Below, one piece after another: positions 52,919 through 62,712 of a stretch of DNA of 64,000 nt; position 1 is the first letter of the stretch; each line of letters begins with the position of its first letter. Source of the stretch: Thermodesulfobacteriota bacterium (GTDB taxonomy: Bacteria; Desulfobacterota; Desulfarculia; JACQYL01). The DNA is taken from NCBI GenBank assembly GCA_963675595.2, contig CAXXLZ010000002.1, positions 3,776,001-3,840,000 on the forward strand. Reading direction: 5' to 3'. Below the pieces are notes generated by a model. That model did not search any database. It was not told the origin of the DNA and worked only from the letters and a program-made list of their open reading frames with translations. A program made the position numbers and the translations under genes.

Positions 52919-53155
52919 TGTCTATGACTCCCTTCCAATAATAATTTGGATCACTATTCTGATGAGACGCAATGCATTTCAAAAATAGTATTATTTATGA
53001 AATGCTATACATTGGGGTTCATCCGGCAAAATGCCATAGCATTTTGCCTTAATTGGCGATATATACAAAATATACTTTAATTGTTGGCTTCAAAAGCTTG
53101 ACTAAGTTATTATTATGCAACTTATAAAACGCTATATTAAAAGTGGCTGGGCAGA

Positions 53156-53385
53156 TTAGCGGTAATCCATTATTGAATACCTATTTATAGAATGAAATCG
53201 TATATGACAATTATTCATAAATGTTAGATAGTTATCGGAAATATGTTTCATTCTTCGTCGGTTTACCCCAAAATCGTAGTAACCAGTTCGTGAAGCAGAC
53301 CTGAAATGAACGACCTCATGTTCATCATCAAGGAAAAAGTCCACATCGTCCACGAATCGTCTCTTCAAAAAACGATTATGAAAAT
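53156..53385 (-). pseudogene. DUF1499 C-terminal fragment
   Basis: FVDDVDF.LD....VVHFRSASRTGYYDFGVNRRRM; no N-terminus. Confidence 0.75.
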
Positions 53386-53582
53386 CACCCCGGCCAATCC
53401 ACCAATATGCTTTTCCCAAACACCACATCTTCTGGGATGCAGTCCTTTTGCGTATACTGAAAAAGATGACGATGTTACTCCTCCAAATACGTATGTCGGT
53501 GCTTGCCGGGGACGGTCATGCAGTTGATGTAGCGATCAAGGTAATTGTCAGGGTCACAACGACCGTTTTCATTGAGTAATTC
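53386..53582 (-). pseudogene. ADP-ribosylglycohydrolase, 3' fragment (downstream of the IS stack)
   Basis: Continues LIEL-LNENGRCDPDNYLDRYINCMTVPGKHRHTYLEE*, then frameshifted EKHIGGLAG. Confidence 0.7.
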
Positions 53583-53675
53583 CCTGAATCAGTGAACTAG
53601 TGTCTGTCCATAAAGGCCCAATTCCCGACTTATAATGGGGGTCGGGATCGGTGTTTTCCGGCCACATAGAGTATT

Positions 53676-55342
53676 CCTGAATCAGTGAACTAATTTCGCT
53701 GTGAGCTGTTTGCACAGTTCTGAGCGCATTTTTTCGGATGATTGCCCCGGTCTGATGGGCGCTCAAGAACGTATTGATGCCGTCATCATGCCTTCAGCTG
53801 CCGATTGTGGCCAAACGAGCAGTTTTTCAGCGGGTCAGGACATGGCTATCCTTTCAAGCCCCAGTTTCGGCCACGGAACGGGTCATCAGGACCCGGATTA
53901 TCCGGGAGACAGCCGCGAATGCACATCCACAAACGCCTCATAGGCAGGACAATGGCGACCCAGGCGCAGGATCAGCCGACGTCCCGTCCTGATGAATCGA
54001 CCCGCAATCGTCATGAGCTCCTGAATGACGGTGCGGATGCGGCGGCGTTTGGCCGGATGCCGCACCGGAGAACGGTCGCCGAGCAGTCCAAACTGACCGA
54101 TAATACGCAGGATATTGTAGACCATGCCTGCGCACGTCAACACCAGGGCGTTGGTGGCGAACTTGCCCGACGGCAGCCGTTCCATATCCAGATCGGTCTT
54201 GATTTCGCTGTGAAACTGCTCGCTCGTCCCATGCTTCTCGTACAACCGGATGATCCGTTCCTCGGGCAGAACCAGGTTGGTCCACCATCCTTCCAACGTA
54301 ACCTCCGGCAGCAACAGCCGTTGCCCGTGCCGATCCACGGTGCGCTCCGTCACCCGCATCACCCGCATGAATCGCATCTTCTTCCCTTGGACCTCATACG
54401 TCTCATGCACCGTCATCACGGCCACCTTCTTGCCCGGTCGCGGCACACTCACTTTGCCTTCGGCGAAGATTCGGTCCCGCCAAGCCAGAGGGTCCTCTTT
54501 CCGGGGATTCCACTTGACCACGAAGAAGACCTTCCTGTGTTGACGGAGCGCCGCCAAGGTCTCCAACGCGCAGTGGGCGGCATCGAGGCGCACCAAAAGG
54601 CTTTTTCCCGTCAACTCCCGCGCCCGTCGAATCACCCGAGCCAAGAAGGGAAGAAATCCTTTCTGACTATGTTGGCTGCCTTCACGAAGCTCAAGACCGA
54701 TGCACCAACCTTCTTCGCCAAGGTACGCCGCTATGGGCGCATACCCGTCATAGCCCTGGTAGGTTCGGGAAACCCCTTCTTTCTTGGTCTCCGAGTTGTC
54801 CATGGGAAACACGTCGATATCGAGAGGAACATGTCCCATAGATCCGGCGGTAACCGGCGCCTTCACCGCTTTGAGCATCTCGATGGAACTCCCGTTGACG
54901 AGTTCCTTAAGCACCGCAGCGTTCTTGTCCAAACGCTGCCGCAAGGTCTCTTTGGACGGCACCTTCCGGATATCCAACGCCGTTTTGAACCAATCATTGC
55001 TCCGCATCCCGGCCACCGCCTCGAAATCGCTTTTGCCGATGCAAAGCAATCCCAGGTAGCTCTTCAACACATCCGAATGAGACACGCTCGGCATGCCGGG
55101 TACGGCCAAATCCGCCTTCCGACACAACTCCGTGTGGTGGTTGATCAAGAGTCCAGCCAGGGACAGTCCGGAATGCGCCGTATAGAACTCGGTCTCCGAC
55201 CTTTCGATGGTAATCTTCCGCATAGCCTTCACCTGTTGAGTGAATCGATAACAGGCAACACTATTACAGAAATAACTCATTTTATCAAATAGTTATGTGG
55301 GCAACCATGTTAACCTCATAGTTTCCCATTCACGGATTCAGG
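53676..55342 (-). mobile_element. IS1380-family element, inner copy B (1667 bp)
   Basis: Ends cctgaatc / gattcagg; TSD GTATT at 53671-53675 and 55343-55347. Confidence 0.92.
53898..55223 (-). CDS. IS1380-family transposase (copy B)
   Basis: LDIDVFPMDNS.TKKEGVSRTY.G.DGYAP, VRLDA, HGTSEQFHSEIKTDLD.ERLPSGKF. Confidence 0.93.
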   Translation of the reverse strand: MRKITIERSETEFYTAHSGLSLAGLLINHHTELCRKADLAVPGMPSVSHSDVLKSYLGLLCIGKSDFEAVAGMRSNDWFKTALDIRKVPSKETLRQRLDKNAAVLKELVNGSSIEMLKAVKAPVTAGSMGHVPLDIDVFPMDNSETKKEGVSRTYQGYDGYAPIAAYLGEEGWCIGLELREGSQHSQKGFLPFLARVIRRARELTGKSLLVRLDAAHCALETLAALRQHRKVFFVVKWNPRKEDPLAWRDRIFAEGKVSVPRPGKKVAVMTVHETYEVQGKKMRFMRVMRVTERTVDRHGQRLLLPEVTLEGWWTNLVLPEERIIRLYEKHGTSEQFHSEIKTDLDMERLPSGKFATNALVLTCAGMVYNILRIIGQFGLLGDRSPVRHPAKRRRIRTVIQELMTIAGRFIRTGRRLILRLGRHCPAYEAFVDVHSRLSPG

Positions 55343-55459
55343 GTATTCTATTGGGTGCGCGGATACTTTCCGGCTTTATTTGTCGATATTTGTGATTATG
55401 AAGACACACGCATTCCGGGGACGCTCCTGCATGAGCAATAGCCATGTTTCTCCTGCGGG

Positions 55460-56827
55460 TTATTCCGCGGTACTTGGCCTGGCAAGCGTGAGCAGGTTGG
55501 CCGAAACGATCGACGCCCACACGTAGCTCTGGAAGGAGCGCCACCCTTGCCAATTGCAGCGGTCCAACCCAAAACAGCGTTTGAGGCGGGATATTCCAGA
55601 CTCGATACCCGCTCGAAAATTCCTGAGACGTTGGTGCACATAGAGACTCCGGCACATGTCCGTCACCTTGATTCCGCGTCTTTTGGCAAAGCAGATGTCC
55701 TTGACACCAAGCTCTTTGGCCTTCTTCACATTGTCTTTGGAAGCAAAGCCGCCGTCCAGAGCCGCTTTGAGCGGAGGGCGACCCCAGATGTCTGCCTGGC
55801 GTTCAAGCATGGTTTGCGACAACTCGCTGTCCGCCGGATTGCCCTTGAGCACCACGCAATCGAGGATCAGGTTGGAACCCCCGCCGGTGAGGCAGATTTT
55901 ATGACCGAAATGCGTATCACGCCGATCTTTGATGATGATGTCCGTATGAGGTTCGAAGATGGAAACCAGTTTTTCGGATGCAGGAACGCTTTCCCCGTTG
56001 ATCACCCGCCTTCTTGCCTGGGAGATCACCTGACAGGACAGAGGCAGATAGTGTTGAATGTCATCAAAAATACGCGCCTGTTCCAGCAGTTCCTCCAAAG
56101 AGTCGGGCTTATACGCATCTATACAGGGCAGAGCCCTCTCGGCGTAGCCCGTCACTTTTTCCGCGACTTTGAGCAAATCCGCATAAAGCTTCTTGCGGGC
56201 CTTTTCTCTTTTGGCGTTCAGGATGCCCAGCATTCGGCGTTTGGCGCGGAGACTGTGGTCTTGAAAACACAACCCCTTGACTCCCAGTTCCCCGGCGGCG
56301 ATGAGAAGACGAGTGAGGACGCGGACAACATCCCACAGCAAAGTCGAATCCGTCGGGTGATGGATGTTGCTTTCCACCACGGTACAATCGATCCGGACTT
56401 CTCTTCCCGTCTCGACCTTATCGTCCTTGGCATGGCCTATAATGACCCGATTCACCTGCTCCCACGTCTCAGCGGACAGGGACTTGATGTTCTGCTGCAG
56501 GGCCGACTTCTTGAACCCTTTGCCGAATCCGATGCGGCAAAAGGCTCGCAAGCAATCGGAGTCTACTATATGAAAGGCCAACCGCCGGTACGAATACCCG
56601 AACAGAACCTTGACTATAGCCGCCCTCAAAACCTGCTCCGCGCTCATACCCCCGGCTCCGGTATTTTTCTTGTCAGGGGCACACGGGCAAAGGTCTTGAA
56701 AGACCATGTCATAGATGGCAGGATCCCGGTCAAGAATCCCGCTGATTGCCTCCAACTCCTTGGCTTGATCGAAATCTTTATGGAAAGGCGGCGACAGCGG
56801 CATCTGTTTTTGTCTTTTATCGCGCAT
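55460..56827 (-). CDS. ISNCY (IS5-like DDE) transposase
   Basis: RIDCTVVESNIHHPTD, KLVSIFEPHTDII.K, DGGF, FRAGIESGISRLKR. Confidence 0.9.
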   Translation of the reverse strand: MRDKRQKQMPLSPPFHKDFDQAKELEAISGILDRDPAIYDMVFQDLCPCAPDKKNTGAGGMSAEQVLRAAIVKVLFGYSYRRLAFHIVDSDCLRAFCRIGFGKGFKKSALQQNIKSLSAETWEQVNRVIIGHAKDDKVETGREVRIDCTVVESNIHHPTDSTLLWDVVRVLTRLLIAAGELGVKGLCFQDHSLRAKRRMLGILNAKREKARKKLYADLLKVAEKVTGYAERALPCIDAYKPDSLEELLEQARIFDDIQHYLPLSCQVISQARRRVINGESVPASEKLVSIFEPHTDIIIKDRRDTHFGHKICLTGGGSNLILDCVVLKGNPADSELSQTMLERQADIWGRPPLKAALDGGFASKDNVKKAKELGVKDICFAKRRGIKVTDMCRSLYVHQRLRNFRAGIESGISRLKRCFGLDRCNWQGWRSFQSYVWASIVSANLLTLARPSTAE

Positions 56828-57179
56828 GTTGGGCGTGGCCTCTTTCTTGTTGGTGCAATTATATCAATTGGTTGGCACCTTTTTGATACCATGCGGGGCA
56901 AGAATTTTCCACCCTAATCTGCGCGATTTTCTTTTTATTATAATAACTTAGCTGTCCTGGACAGACACGAACTAATTTCGCTGTGAGCTGTTTGCACAGT
57001 TCTGAGCGCATTTTTTCGGATGATTGCCCCGGTCTGATGGGCGCTCAAGAACGTATTGATGCCGTCATCATGCCTTCAGCTGCCGATTGTGGCCAAACGA
57101 GCAGTTTTTCAGCGGGTCAGGACATGGCTATCCTTTCAAGCCCCAGTTTCGGCCACGGAACGGGTCATCAGGACCCGGA

Positions 57180-58505
57180 TTATCCGGGAGACAGCCGCGA
57201 ATGCACATCCACAAACGCCTCATAGGCAGGACAATGGCGACCCAGGCGCAGGATCAGCCGACGTCCCGTCCTGATGAATCGACCCGCAATCGTCATGAGC
57301 TCCTGAATGACGGTGCGGATGCGGCGGCGTTTGGCCGGATGCCGCACCGGAGAACGGTCGCCGAGCAGTCCAAACTGACCGATAATACGCAGGATATTGT
57401 AGACCATGCCTGCGCACGTCAACACCAGGGCGTTGGTGGCGAACTTGCCCGACGGCAGCCGTTCCATATCCAGATCGGTCTTGATTTCGCTGTGAAACTG
57501 CTCGCTCGTCCCATGCTTCTCGTACAACCGGATGATCCGTTCCTCGGGCAGAACCAGGTTGGTCCACCATCCTTCCAACGTAACCTCCGGCAGCAACAGC
57601 CGTTGCCCGTGCCGATCCACGGTGCGCTCCGTCACCCGCATCACCCGCATGAATCGCATCTTCTTCCCTTGGACCTCATACGTCTCATGCACCGTCATCA
57701 CGGCCACCTTCTTGCCCGGTCGCGGCACACTCACTTTGCCTTCGGCGAAGATTCGGTCCCGCCAAGCCAGAGGGTCCTCTTTCCGGGGATTCCACTTGAC
57801 CACGAAGAAGACCTTCCTGTGTTGACGGAGCGCCGCCAAGGTCTCCAACGCGCAGTGGGCGGCATCGAGGCGCACCAAAAGGCTTTTTCCCGTCAACTCC
57901 CGCGCCCGTCGAATCACCCGAGCCAAGAAGGGAAGAAATCCTTTCTGACTATGTTGGCTGCCTTCACGAAGCTCAAGACCGATGCACCAACCTTCTTCGC
58001 CAAGGTACGCCGCTATGGGCGCATACCCGTCATAGCCCTGGTAGGTTCGGGAAACCCCTTCTTTCTTGGTCTCCGAGTTGTCCATGGGAAACACGTCGAT
58101 ATCGAGAGGAACATGTCCCATAGATCCGGCGGTAACCGGCGCCTTCACCGCTTTGAGCATCTCGATGGAACTCCCGTTGACGAGTTCCTTAAGCACCGCA
58201 GCGTTCTTGTCCAAACGCTGCCGCAAGGTCTCTTTGGACGGCACCTTCCGGATATCCAACGCCGTTTTGAACCAATCATTGCTCCGCATCCCGGCCACCG
58301 CCTCGAAATCGCTTTTGCCGATGCAAAGCAATCCCAGGTAGCTCTTCAACACATCCGAATGAGACACGCTCGGCATGCCGGGTACGGCCAAATCCGCCTT
58401 CCGACACAACTCCGTGTGGTGGTTGATCAAGAGTCCAGCCAGGGACAGTCCGGAATGCGCCGTATAGAACTCGGTCTCCGACCTTTCGATGGTAATCTTC
58501 CGCAT
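57180..58505 (-). CDS. IS1380-family transposase (copy A; translation identical to copy B)
   Basis: Same 460-aa translation in the ORF track. Confidence 0.93.
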   Translation of the reverse strand: MRKITIERSETEFYTAHSGLSLAGLLINHHTELCRKADLAVPGMPSVSHSDVLKSYLGLLCIGKSDFEAVAGMRSNDWFKTALDIRKVPSKETLRQRLDKNAAVLKELVNGSSIEMLKAVKAPVTAGSMGHVPLDIDVFPMDNSETKKEGVSRTYQGYDGYAPIAAYLGEEGWCIGLELREGSQHSQKGFLPFLARVIRRARELTGKSLLVRLDAAHCALETLAALRQHRKVFFVVKWNPRKEDPLAWRDRIFAEGKVSVPRPGKKVAVMTVHETYEVQGKKMRFMRVMRVTERTVDRHGQRLLLPEVTLEGWWTNLVLPEERIIRLYEKHGTSEQFHSEIKTDLDMERLPSGKFATNALVLTCAGMVYNILRIIGQFGLLGDRSPVRHPAKRRRIRTVIQELMTIAGRFIRTGRRLILRLGRHCPAYEAFVDVHSRLSPG

Positions 58506-58624
58506 AGCCTTCACCTGTTGAGTGAATCGATAACAGGCAACACTATTACAGAAATAACTCATTTTATCAAATAGTTATGTGGGCAACCATGTTAACCTCA
58601 TAGTTTCCCATTCACGGATTCAGG

Positions 58625-58951
58625 TAATTCTATCAGCAGAGCGCACAGTTTCAAGTTCGGCGTGTTTTCTCCAGTCTCGAAAAACTGATGGCAATGGACG
58701 CCGCATTGCCCGCAGTATTGCGCTTGTTCGGGGAGGATATCCCCTTTTTCGTTGATCGCCTTGTACGACGATCGCTGAAGAATCCAGTCCGGATGGGGAT
58801 TCCTCGTTGGAAGATAGTCACGTACTTGGCCATAATCTCGCCGTAGCGCGAGCCGATCATAATACCGGTGAACCGGCATGGCAAGGGCGTCGGCAATGGA
58901 AAGGCCATGGATACAACCGCGTTTCCTACCCTCCACCGATCCTTGGGACAT
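58625..58951 (-). pseudogene. ADP-ribosylglycohydrolase, 5' fragment
   Basis: GCIHGLSIADALAMPVH.YYD...RDYG, GENT.NLKL; interrupted at the IS1380 TSD. Confidence 0.75.
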
Positions 58952-59176
58952 GTTTGTATATGGTTCTATGGGCGCACCCCCCGGTATTCCGCTCCGAGAA
59001 GCGCGGGTTGTTGGAACAAGGCCACCTGATTTTGTCAGGTCCAATTTTTCGGTTATCCACATCCAGGCGGAAAGGGGTACCGTGCCCCGGGAGATCAAGC
59101 GCTCCTTAAGGGACAGCGGTGCCAGCTCGGCTTCGATGCTCTTGAGGAACCGTCTCGCCTCAGTTCTACTCTCAGG

Positions 59177-59300
59177 TGTCGCCACCGGAATTAAATGTCA
59201 TGTAAACGCCGGAATGAAATGTCCTCCCAGATGAGCGAAAGGTATTACCTTCAGCGCAACGAGAAAGAGCTGGAGGTGGCCGATGCTCAAGTACCCCTTG
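59177..59300 (+). mobile_element. Possible IS21-like left-end remnant
   Basis: Tandem 24-bp imperfect repeats starting TGT (tgtcgccaccggaattaaatgtca / tgtaaacgccggaatgaaatgtcc), then GGAGG-ATGCTCAAG. Confidence 0.4.
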
Positions 59301-59411
59301 AATCAGGTTTCAAGCACGCGCACGATGGAAGGTCCCAATTATATGATAGGTTCTAAAGGGCGGCCAAAAAAATCGCGGGATACCTGGCAAATCCTGACTT
59401 TGCAGTTTAAA

Positions 59412-59891
59412 ATGAATCCAACCCACTCAGAGGAGAGCGACTTGGCGGAGAGACGTGTGAAGGATGAGATTCGGAGGCTCTTCGATTCTCAAAGTTTGGG
59501 TGTCTTGGCAACGCATTCCGAGGCAGGCCCCTACACGAGCCTGGTGGCTTTTGCAGCCGACGAAGATCTCAAGAATATCTATTTTGTCACAAGCCGTTTT
59601 ACCAGGAAGTACGCGAACATCGAAGCCGATCATAAGGTTGCCATACTGATGGACAATCGTTCGGATGACCGGGGTGACTTTCGGACGGCCACGGCAGTGA
59701 CCGCGGTGGGAGAAGCTTCGGAGATTTCGGACCAAGAGAAGGAGAAGGTGCTGAAGCGCTACCTGATCAGGCACGGACATTTACGTGACTTTGTCGCATC
59801 GCCCACTTGCGCTCTGCTTCGCATGCGGGTGCGGACCTACTTCTGTGTCACACGTTTTCAGGAAGTTGTGGAACTGCATATAACGAAATGA
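59412..59891 (+). CDS. Pyridoxamine 5'-phosphate oxidase-like (split-barrel) protein; start uncertain
   Basis: LGVLAT....PYTSLVAF, FVT.R.TRKYANI..D.KVAIL.DNR. Confidence 0.85.
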   Translation: MNPTHSEESDLAERRVKDEIRRLFDSQSLGVLATHSEAGPYTSLVAFAADEDLKNIYFVTSRFTRKYANIEADHKVAILMDNRSDDRGDFRTATAVTAVGEASEISDQEKEKVLKRYLIRHGHLRDFVASPTCALLRMRVRTYFCVTRFQEVVELHITK

Positions 59892-62065
59892 CCTTTCTAC
59901 TCGAACTCAAAGATATCGGCAAAGCAGACCGAAGAGTCGTTGGCGGCAAGGCTTTTGCATTATCTCGGATGGTGCAGGCAGGCATGCGGGTGCCCCGCGC
60001 CGTATGCATTACCACCAGGGCCTATGACGCTTATATGGCCGCTACCCGCCTGAGCGATCATGTCGCATTTGAACTCTTCCGTAAGTCTCTGGATGAGATG
60101 CGCTGGGAAGAAGTATGGGACACCGCCCTAAGGATTCGTAGCCTTTTTCTCAAAGCGCCGATTCCCGCGGATCTTCGAGATATCCTCCTACCCTACCTCT
60201 CTAACCGTTTCGGCGAAACAGAGGTGTCGGTGAGATCATCGGCACCCGGTGAGGATTCAGCCCGAAAATCCTTCGCCGGCCTTCATGATTCGTTCCTGAA
60301 TGTGCGAGGTGCGTCTGCGATCCTGGAGCATGTACATCTTGTGTGGGCCTCCCTCTGGTCGGATCGGTCCATACTCTATCGCAAGGAACTGGAGTTGGAT
60401 GCCAGGAAGAGCCGCATGGCCGTAGTCATCCAGGAAATGGTTTTCGGTGAGCGAGCCGGAGTGGCTTTCGGTCGAAACCCCATGGATCCGAAAGAGGCAA
60501 TAGTGGAGGCGGTATATGGCTTGAACCAAGGCCTTGTGGATGGAACCGTGGAGCCGGACCGGTGGGTGATCAAAAGGGACACGGAGGAGATCGTTTCACA
60601 CGTCGCTGTCTTGAGGAAGGAGTCGGTCAAGCCGTTAAAGGAAGGTGTAAGTCTCGTCCCCCTTGCTTCTGAACTCAGGGAGCAGCCGCCACTTAGCACG
60701 GACGAAGTCCTGGAAGTCTATGCTCTGACTAAACAGGCGGAATCTCTTTTCAGAACTTCACAAGATGTTGAGTGGACCTACCGGGGAAATGTTTTGTTTG
60801 CACTCCAATCGCGCCCTATCACTACGCTCCGGAATAAGACCGGCGACATACGCCACTGGTACCTGAGTCTTCATCGAAGTCTCGAAAATCTCAAAGCTCT
60901 TAGAGGGAAAATCGAAACGGAACTTCTTCCGGACATGGACCGAAACGCGGTCGAAATGGCGGCTAAAGATCTGACGATGCTTTCTGAGTTGGAACTGGCG
61001 AAAGAGATTGAGCACAGGAAGGATATCTTCGATCATTGGCAACAGATTTACAGGGAATTCTGCATACCCTTTGCACACGGAATGCGTCTTTTCGGTCAGG
61101 TATATAATGATCGAGTCAAACCGGAAGACCCCTACGAATTCATGGCTTTGCTCAAAGGGGCGGACATGGTGAGCGTACATCGCAATAATGCTCTTCGCAA
61201 CTTGGCGGATTGGATCGAAAGATATCCGGATATTGCGTCCAAATTGAGAGAGGGACGCCTGGATGACTGCGACGAGCATTTTGTTCGAGCCTTCCGCCAA
61301 ATGATGCTGCGATTTGGGGGTCTGACCTGGGGCGGGCAGCAATTTGGAGCAAATCAGGCGCAAGTAATTGCTTTGTTACTTGAAATGGTGGGAGGCCATC
61401 GCAAGACTGTTTTTTCGGAGGCGGAAAAGCGTGCCGAACTGGAGCATGTTTATCTTTCGAAGTTCAGCAAAGCAGAGAAAACTTTCGCCCGTGAATTGCT
61501 GGATGTGGCGCGTGCCAGCTATCAACTTCGGGACGATGACAATACCTATATCGGTAAAATCGAGGGAGAATTGCTGGCGGCGGTGCGGGAGGGAGCAAGA
61601 CGTAAGAAAATGCAATTCGGCGATAAGATGGTGATGGAGGATACGGGGCGAGTTACCGCAGCCCTGAAAGGGGTTGCGATGCCGCCATCAAACAAAACGA
61701 ATGTGGGAATGCTTGAAGAAGGAGATTTCCTTCTTCGTCCCAGGCAGTTGATCGGCCAGCCGGCCGGTCCCGGCGTGGCATCCGGCATTGCCAGAGTAAT
61801 CCGGAATCCCTCCGATTTGTTCAATTTCAAATCAGGCGAGATTCTGGTTTGCGATGCCGTGGACCCCAACATGACCTTCGTGATTCCCATGGCTGCGGGA
61901 GTTGTGGAAAGAAGGGGAGGAATGTTGATTCACGGCGCCATCATTGCCCGTGAGTACGGTCTCCCTTGTGTCACTGGTGTAAGGAATGCGGCGAGTCAAA
62001 TCAACACGGGGGACGCCATTACGGTGGACGGATTTCTCGGCATTGTGGTTGTCGGCGAGAGGTAG
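59888..62065 (+). CDS. PEP-utilising/dikinase-type phosphotransferase (ATP-grasp, substrate domain, His-swivel)
   Basis: VGGKA..L, VRSSA.GEDS...SFAG, QDVEW, LQSRPIT, GGMLIHGAIIAREYGLPCV; ATGA overlap with upstream gene. Confidence 0.88.
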   Translation: MTFLLELKDIGKADRRVVGGKAFALSRMVQAGMRVPRAVCITTRAYDAYMAATRLSDHVAFELFRKSLDEMRWEEVWDTALRIRSLFLKAPIPADLRDILLPYLSNRFGETEVSVRSSAPGEDSARKSFAGLHDSFLNVRGASAILEHVHLVWASLWSDRSILYRKELELDARKSRMAVVIQEMVFGERAGVAFGRNPMDPKEAIVEAVYGLNQGLVDGTVEPDRWVIKRDTEEIVSHVAVLRKESVKPLKEGVSLVPLASELREQPPLSTDEVLEVYALTKQAESLFRTSQDVEWTYRGNVLFALQSRPITTLRNKTGDIRHWYLSLHRSLENLKALRGKIETELLPDMDRNAVEMAAKDLTMLSELELAKEIEHRKDIFDHWQQIYREFCIPFAHGMRLFGQVYNDRVKPEDPYEFMALLKGADMVSVHRNNALRNLADWIERYPDIASKLREGRLDDCDEHFVRAFRQMMLRFGGLTWGGQQFGANQAQVIALLLEMVGGHRKTVFSEAEKRAELEHVYLSKFSKAEKTFARELLDVARASYQLRDDDNTYIGKIEGELLAAVREGARRKKMQFGDKMVMEDTGRVTAALKGVAMPPSNKTNVGMLEEGDFLLRPRQLIGQPAGPGVASGIARVIRNPSDLFNFKSGEILVCDAVDPNMTFVIPMAAGVVERRGGMLIHGAIIAREYGLPCVTGVRNAASQINTGDAITVDGFLGIVVVGER

Positions 62066-62098
62066 AAACACTTCCAATGTGTAGAACCGGTCATCTCT

Positions 62099-62620
62099 AT
62101 GATAAAACAGCCGAAAGTCTATTCCATGCGTCCTACTTATAATCTTAAATTTTTCGTAGCCCTTGCTATGGCGGTTCAGATCATCCTCACCTTCCACGGC
62201 TGCTATCCTAAAAAGGTGGGCCCCGTGACTGCGGAGGGGGATCGCTTAGCGTGGATTGAGATGAGCTTCGAACAAAGAAAGGCACACATGAGGAAGGCGG
62301 TTCTTCCGCGTGCGGCCGCCATATTGCAGGCTTGGCGGCCCGAGCGATTCGCTCGGATTAACTGCACCCTCTGTCATGGAGAAGGTTTGAATACAGGAAG
62401 CTTTCAAATGCCCACAGCATATCTTCCGAGGCTCAGCGGATATCTGTTGCTGGGACCTGAGTTCAAGAAGCATCCGGAAACCACTCGATTGAAACTGAAT
62501 CGTCTGGTGCCTGAGATCGCCGACGCCTTAGGACTGAAGACTTTTAGTATCGTGACTCGTAACGGCTTTGGCTGCTACTCCTGCCACCTCGGACCAACCG
62601 GTCCCATGTTCGGAAACTAA
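62099..62620 (+). CDS. Small diheme c-type cytochrome (probable lipoprotein)
   Basis: Two CxxCH motifs (CTLCH, CYSCH); hydrophobic N-terminus ending FHGC. Confidence 0.75.
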   Translation: MIKQPKVYSMRPTYNLKFFVALAMAVQIILTFHGCYPKKVGPVTAEGDRLAWIEMSFEQRKAHMRKAVLPRAAAILQAWRPERFARINCTLCHGEGLNTGSFQMPTAYLPRLSGYLLLGPEFKKHPETTRLKLNRLVPEIADALGLKTFSIVTRNGFGCYSCHLGPTGPMFGN

Positions 62621-62712
62621 AAGGACATCCTTCCTCGATGAGTTTATATGCACTTTTTGCCAATCCATGAAAAAGACCAATTTAGAGCAGTTAGATTGAG
62701 TGAGGATAGGAA

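Larger units (their letters stand above)
53600..56968 (-). mobile_element. ISNCY/IS5-like element inserted near the end of IS1380 copy A
   Basis: IRs gtgtctgtcca / tggacagacac; TSD GAACTA at 53594-53599 and 56969-56974. Confidence 0.88.
53583..58624 (-). mobile_element. IS1380-family element, outer copy A (1667 bp once the nested insertion is removed)
   Basis: Ends cctgaatcagtgaa / ttcacggattcagg; TSD TAATTC at 53577-53582 and 58625-58630; split into 53583-53599 plus 56975-58624. Confidence 0.9.

Noticed and set aside
53583-53700. Twice-repeated cctgaatcagtgaacta as a CRISPR repeat or att site
   Set aside because: Fully explained as the ends of two IS1380 copies
53805-55292. 495-aa plus-strand ORF (and its copy at 57087..58574)
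   Set aside because: Antisense to the IS1380 transposase; duplicated only because the IS is duplicated
55547-56917. 456-aa plus-strand ORF
   Set aside because: Antisense shadow of the ISNCY transposase
58598-59185. 195-aa ORF as an intact gene
   Set aside because: Chimera of unrelated upstream sequence, the ADP-ribosylglycohydrolase 5' fragment and read-through into the IS1380 end
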